Assembly (NCBI GenBank): GCA_964584335.1
Contig: CAZOZN010000002.1
Coordinates: 130,974-194,973, forward strand
Direction of reading: 5' to 3'
Origin: an uncultured archaeon
GTDB lineage: Archaea > Aenigmatarchaeota > Aenigmatarchaeia > PWEA01 > JAGHBM01
DNA: 64,000 nt
The notes under the pieces were generated by a model that worked only from the letters and a program-made list of their open reading frames with translations, made no database searches and was not told the origin of the DNA. Below are positions 59,798-64,000 of this stretch, piece by piece. How positions within the stretch are numbered: position 1 is the first letter of the stretch; every line of letters begins with the position of its first letter. A program made the position numbers and the translations under genes.

Positions 59798-60832
59798 TCA
59801 CAAAGATTCCCATAATTTTTTGTATTTTTGTGCAATTTTATCCCAAGTTTCCGATTTTGCAACATTTTTTGATTTTTCTGAATATTCTTTCATTTTATTT
59901 GGGTTATTAAGCATATTAATTATTTCTATTGCAAAATTTTCTGGTTTTGGTTCAACCAAAACTCCACCAGAATCTACAGCATCAATTATTCCTGCTTGTT
60001 TGCCAGCTATTACGGGAAGTCCGGATGCTTGAGCTTCTTTTATGACCATGCCAAAAGATTCTACTTTGCTAGAATAAACAAACAAATTAGATGCCTTAAG
60101 TATTTCGGGAATATCTTTTATGAATCCGGCGAATATTATTTTGTTTTTGTAATGTTTTTTTGAAGCATATTTTTTGCATTCTTCAAGGTATTTTCCACCT
60201 CCAACTATTACGAAAACAAAGTTTTTTATTTTCTTTTCTACCAGTTCCATTGATTCTATAAGCAGTTTTACTCCTTCCATCTTATATGGATGTTTCCATG
60301 TAAGATTGGTCACTGTTATTATTATACTGTCTTTTTCATTTATCTTAAACTCTTTTCTAAGATTCCCCGCAGGAGCATTTGAATATTTTTCATAATCTAT
60401 GCCATTGTGCATGACCGAACTCTTATCCTTTAGAAACGGGAATTTATCAAGGAAATGTTTCTCTACATTTTTTGATATGAAAAAGACATGGTTAACTCTG
60501 TTTAGTGATTTTTTCTCAAAGTAACCCGTAAGCATTCTTTGAAATAGGCTTTTTCTTTTCTTCCTGAAAATAGATTCGCCTATACCCCTTATTATTATTG
60601 TGGAGGGTATGTTTTTTTTATTTCCGAATTTGGTTGCTATCCAACCGGTCAGAGAGTAACTGTCTGCGTGTATTACATCATATTTGTTTTTTTTAAGCCA
60701 CAGAAAAATTGATGGAAGTGTTTTTGAATTTATTTTTGTAAAAAGTTTTACTTTAATTCCCTGTTTTTCCAGCGCCTTTTTAAGACATTCGCCACGCGCC
60801 TTTCTTTTTATTAGTAGAACAACAGTTTCCAT
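59798..60832 (-). CDS. GT4 glycosyltransferase
   Basis: DVIHA, HNGID, IVGGG, ESFGMVIKEA.ASGLPVI. Confidence 0.92.
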   Translation of the reverse strand: METVVLLIKRKARGECLKKALEKQGIKVKLFTKINSKTLPSIFLWLKKNKYDVIHADSYSLTGWIATKFGNKKNIPSTIIIRGIGESIFRKKRKSLFQRMLTGYFEKKSLNRVNHVFFISKNVEKHFLDKFPFLKDKSSVMHNGIDYEKYSNAPAGNLRKEFKINEKDSIIITVTNLTWKHPYKMEGVKLLIESMELVEKKIKNFVFVIVGGGKYLEECKKYASKKHYKNKIIFAGFIKDIPEILKASNLFVYSSKVESFGMVIKEAQASGLPVIAGKQAGIIDAVDSGGVLVEPKPENFAIEIINMLNNPNKMKEYSEKSKNVAKSETWDKIAQKYKKLWESL

Positions 60833-60840
60833 AAAAAAAC

Positions 60841-61677
60841 CTATATATAACCAAGATTCTTTAGCCTGTTTTCTATATTTTTTCTGTCTTTTGTTGTTGG
60901 AAGATTAAGAATTTTCATTATTATGTCATAAAAGTCTGTTATCTTCGGTTTCTCTAGGTCCAATTTTTTACTGCATGAATAAAACCCGTGTTTTGAATGG
61001 TTACCTTCACCGTCTGCTCCATGGTCCGACACTATTATAAGAATATAATCTTCTTCCATTCTTTCTTTTATTTTACCAACAAAAGAATTAATATCCCTGT
61101 ACTTTTTTTCTATATATTCTTTATCCATAAAAAAGTGATGCTGTAGCAAATCAAAGAAATTTGTGAAACCAAAATAATTCCCCTCAATTTTCATCATGTT
61201 TTTCTTGTCCCTTTCGTACATTTCTTCAAGAAAATTTCTAAATTCCAGTGTTGATATATCCTTCCTTCTCCACTGGTCTAGTTTTTTGAATGATTCCATT
61301 TCATGAAGGTCAACAAACGGGACATTGTAGTGATTGAATTTTGTCTCATCCATAAATGTTGTTTTTTTGAGCTCTGGGAAACTTTTCACATCTCTTGTTT
61401 TTTCCTTTATTTTTCTTTTCATTTTTTTTGGAATTATTTTCGATATCTTTATTTTTGAGTTTAATTTCATTAAAGGGTTGGTGCTTTCAAATGATTCGCC
61501 CTCATAAATTTCTCCTGTCAGGAAAGAACCCCAAACCTGTGGTGAAAGCGGAAGACCTCTTTTATCCAGGGGTACTATAGTTTTACCGTATTCCATTTGC
61601 TTTAAATTTTTCAGGTCCAACTTTTCCACAATATTATATTCAAGAGAATCTATACCCAATATACATACTTTACTCAT
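60841..61677 (-). CDS. Short alkaline phosphatase superfamily protein
   Basis: LGIDS, SPQVWGSFLTG, DLLQH, VSDHG, NH, C-terminal RLKNLGYI. Confidence 0.8.
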   Translation of the reverse strand: MSKVCILGIDSLEYNIVEKLDLKNLKQMEYGKTIVPLDKRGLPLSPQVWGSFLTGEIYEGESFESTNPLMKLNSKIKISKIIPKKMKRKIKEKTRDVKSFPELKKTTFMDETKFNHYNVPFVDLHEMESFKKLDQWRRKDISTLEFRNFLEEMYERDKKNMMKIEGNYFGFTNFFDLLQHHFFMDKEYIEKKYRDINSFVGKIKERMEEDYILIIVSDHGADGEGNHSKHGFYSCSKKLDLEKPKITDFYDIIMKILNLPTTKDRKNIENRLKNLGYI

Positions 61678-61686
61678 AAAAACACT

Positions 61687-63003
61687 CTAATTCTTTAGAT
61701 ATTTAAAAATATGAAAGTTTTTGAAGCTCTTTGCTTCTTTGTATTTTTTTGTTTTTTCTTTATTGTTTGAGATTATCCAGTTTATTTTTATTTTATTATA
61801 TTCTCCTTTTTTGAATATATCCTTATCATATCCCGGGGACAATATTTTTACATCTGAAAAGTAAACTGCGGCTCTCCAGTAGCTTCTTGGAAATACCGCC
61901 AAAACGTCTTCTTTTTTGGATTCTTTTTCAACCCATTTGCAGCATTTTATAAAGTCCTTAGAGAATATTCTATCCGAGCCTTTGTAATTTTTGTAAATAA
62001 AACCTATTCCAGCAAAAGACAGTAAAACACAAAACCAGAAAACAGGTGAGTTGCCAAAAACCATTCCCACTATTAATGCTCCAGGAAATATTGCATTATA
62101 CACATGCCTGTATCCCGCACCAAGGGGCCACAAGAATCCGAGAGCTTCCACAGAGAAGAACCATATATAAAAAAACGGGTTTGTTATGCCGTTAGTCAGT
62201 GAGTCAAATAATATTAAAATCACAAAGGGGAATGCAAACAAAGGAGTCATGGGGTTCATGGACCCCACATGATGAAAACCACTTTCACCTACCTTTGCGT
62301 AGTATTTTATTGTCTCGAAATGACTTTTTATTGTTTCAAAATACCTGCCTTTTGTTAAAAGAACAGCCAAACCGACTGATAAAAAGAAACACACAACCGG
62401 CAAAAAGTCAATGAAAAATATAGAGCTTGCTAAAACCACAGCAAAAAGACTTTGTATTGTTATCTTATGTGTCATTAAAACAAAGAAACTAAAAAATACA
62501 AAAAAGGAAAGTGAGATAATATTTTCAGATGAATAATAATAATAAAGGCAGATTAGGGACATATTCAAAAAAATATTTGCCAGTGGCTTCGGACTCAGAG
62601 TTTGGCATGAGAGAACGGCATTTGGTGCTATAGCGTAGACTAAAACAGATACAACCGAAGCCTCAAAACCGAAAATCGAGTTGGTTATCAAAAACAATAT
62701 TATCATTGATGATATGTCTAGAATAGTTGCAAAATATCTTAGTTTGTCATGATGTTTTTTTGGGAATACAGACAAAACAACATAGAGCAACGGGGGATAA
62801 AATTTAACGTATCTCTCATATCTTTTGTCTGTATGTATTAGATTTTTTATGTCTGAATAAATACCATTCTTCTTTACGCTCAGCGCTTCTATTAAGTGGT
62901 GAAAAGTGTCTATACCAACCCATTTGTTTTTAAAGTGAAATATACTTCTCAAAAAGAAAGAAAATAATATTATAATTATTATAATCCAAAGCATGTTTAT
63001 CAA
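61687..63003 (-). CDS. Polytopic membrane protein, possibly GT-C-type glycosyltransferase
   Basis: First loop with D (GIDTFHH), YPPLLY, about 10 TMs and a soluble C-terminal domain; inside the glycosylation locus. Confidence 0.55.
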   Translation of the reverse strand: MINMLWIIIIIILFSFFLRSIFHFKNKWVGIDTFHHLIEALSVKKNGIYSDIKNLIHTDKRYERYVKFYPPLLYVVLSVFPKKHHDKLRYFATILDISSMIILFLITNSIFGFEASVVSVLVYAIAPNAVLSCQTLSPKPLANIFLNMSLICLYYYYSSENIISLSFFVFFSFFVLMTHKITIQSLFAVVLASSIFFIDFLPVVCFFLSVGLAVLLTKGRYFETIKSHFETIKYYAKVGESGFHHVGSMNPMTPLFAFPFVILILFDSLTNGITNPFFYIWFFSVEALGFLWPLGAGYRHVYNAIFPGALIVGMVFGNSPVFWFCVLLSFAGIGFIYKNYKGSDRIFSKDFIKCCKWVEKESKKEDVLAVFPRSYWRAAVYFSDVKILSPGYDKDIFKKGEYNKIKINWIISNNKEKTKKYKEAKSFKNFHIFKYLKN

Positions 63004-63042
63004 GTTATTATTTTTAGTATAATTATATAAGGGTGTTAGTTT

Positions 63043-63921
63043 ATGAATAATTGTATGAAAGTTTACGTTTTTGGGATAGATGCATTGGAGTATAACCTTG
63101 TTGAAAAACTCGATTTAAAGAATCTAAAGCAAAGCGAATATGGAAAATCAATCGTACCCATAGATGAAAAATCAGGAAGACCGGTTTCACCACAGGTTTG
63201 GGGTTCTTTTCTTACGGGAGATATAGAAAAGAAAGGTTTCGCACACAAGAGCATATACTGGAAGATGGTTGACAAGTTCAAGAAAAAACGTTCTAAGAAA
63301 TTCAAGGAAAAAATAGCCCCTCTTGTATATAAAATAGGCAGTATAGCAGGAGAAAAAACTAAGGATTTTCCTAAGCTTGATAAGACAACTTTTCTTGACG
63401 AAACAAAATCAGTTAAATTGAATGTTCCTTATTATGATTATTCCGCGGGTGAATCACTTAGGCAAATAGAAGCATTCAGAAGAAGAGAGCTGGGAATACA
63501 AAGATTCAAGGAATTACAGGAGGAAGAATTTGATAAGCTAAAAAACAAGACACTTGAAAAGATTAAAGAAGAATGTGATATATTCATGGTTTATTATGAT
63601 TTCTTGGATAACATATCGCACATACTTTACAAGGACAGTGATTATATAGAAAAAAAGTATACAGAGGTCGATGAATTTATAGGGAAAATAAAGAGTAATT
63701 TGAAAGAAGATGAAATGTTTTTGATTGTTTCTGATCATGGTTTTGATTTTGAAAAAGGGGAACATTCTAATCATGGTTTTTATTCATTAAACAAAAAATT
63801 TGGTTTACAAAAGCCAAAAATAATAGATTTCTACGATATCATTTTGAAAAAATTAAAACTACCAACAAAAAAAGATAGGGTAGAAATCAAGAGGAAACTT
63901 CAGGACTTGGGTTACATTTAA
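63043..63921 (+). CDS. Short alkaline phosphatase superfamily protein, paralog of 60841-61677
   Basis: FGIDA, SPQVWGSFLTG, DNISH, VSDHG, EH, C-terminal KLQDLGYI. Confidence 0.8.
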   Translation: MNNCMKVYVFGIDALEYNLVEKLDLKNLKQSEYGKSIVPIDEKSGRPVSPQVWGSFLTGDIEKKGFAHKSIYWKMVDKFKKKRSKKFKEKIAPLVYKIGSIAGEKTKDFPKLDKTTFLDETKSVKLNVPYYDYSAGESLRQIEAFRRRELGIQRFKELQEEEFDKLKNKTLEKIKEECDIFMVYYDFLDNISHILYKDSDYIEKKYTEVDEFIGKIKSNLKEDEMFLIVSDHGFDFEKGEHSNHGFYSLNKKFGLQKPKIIDFYDIILKKLKLPTKKDRVEIKRKLQDLGYI

Positions 63922-63998
63922 AGAAAAATTAAAAACAGAGATATTAAACTCACAGCCAATTGCATTCCCAGTATTATTAATGCCACTTGATGTTCTTT
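63918..63998 (-). CDS. 3' end of a membrane protein running in from beyond the window (possibly MraY/AglH-like)
   Basis: KEHQVALIILGMQLAVSLISLFLIFL*, with the stop overlapping the preceding gene's stop; only 26 aa visible. Confidence 0.3.
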   Translation of the reverse strand, partial: KEHQVALIILGMQLAVSLISLFLIFL

Positions 63999-64000
63999 GA

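Overview
AT-rich, gene-dense archaeal chromosome segment. The gene set (RPA-RadA, archaeal DnaG, NAC, Hjc, PINA, Cdc6/Orc1, PolB, archaeal SecDF, group 3b hydrogenase) and compact organisation suggest a DPANN lineage, possibly Aenigmarchaeota; the taxon is an inference. The window holds a probable oriC upstream of cdc6, a class III RNR operon, a hydrogenase operon, tRNA-Arg(CCT) and a long surface-glycosylation/sulfur-activation locus (about 44.6-64 kb). Four candidates stand out. (1) A cdc6 - catalytically dead DP1-like - PolB cluster in which PolB ends in a DP2-type Zn finger, resembling the eukaryotic catalytic subunit plus B-subunit arrangement. (2) A 750-bp intergenic array of 11-bp-phased, strand-polar GTGAA repeats between an AAA+/wHTH ATPase and a wHTH protein; its core resembles the oriC ORB core. 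(3) A cysDN-trx-sqdB locus with five alkaline-phosphatase-fold paralogs and a C-terminal (R/K)LxxLGY(I/M) tail shared by unrelated proteins. (4) A probable H/ACA guide RNA with its own promoter. Three short genes missing from the ORF track (ferredoxin, Zn-ribbon protein, membrane peptide) were also found. All calls come from reading motifs by eye; no database searches were run.
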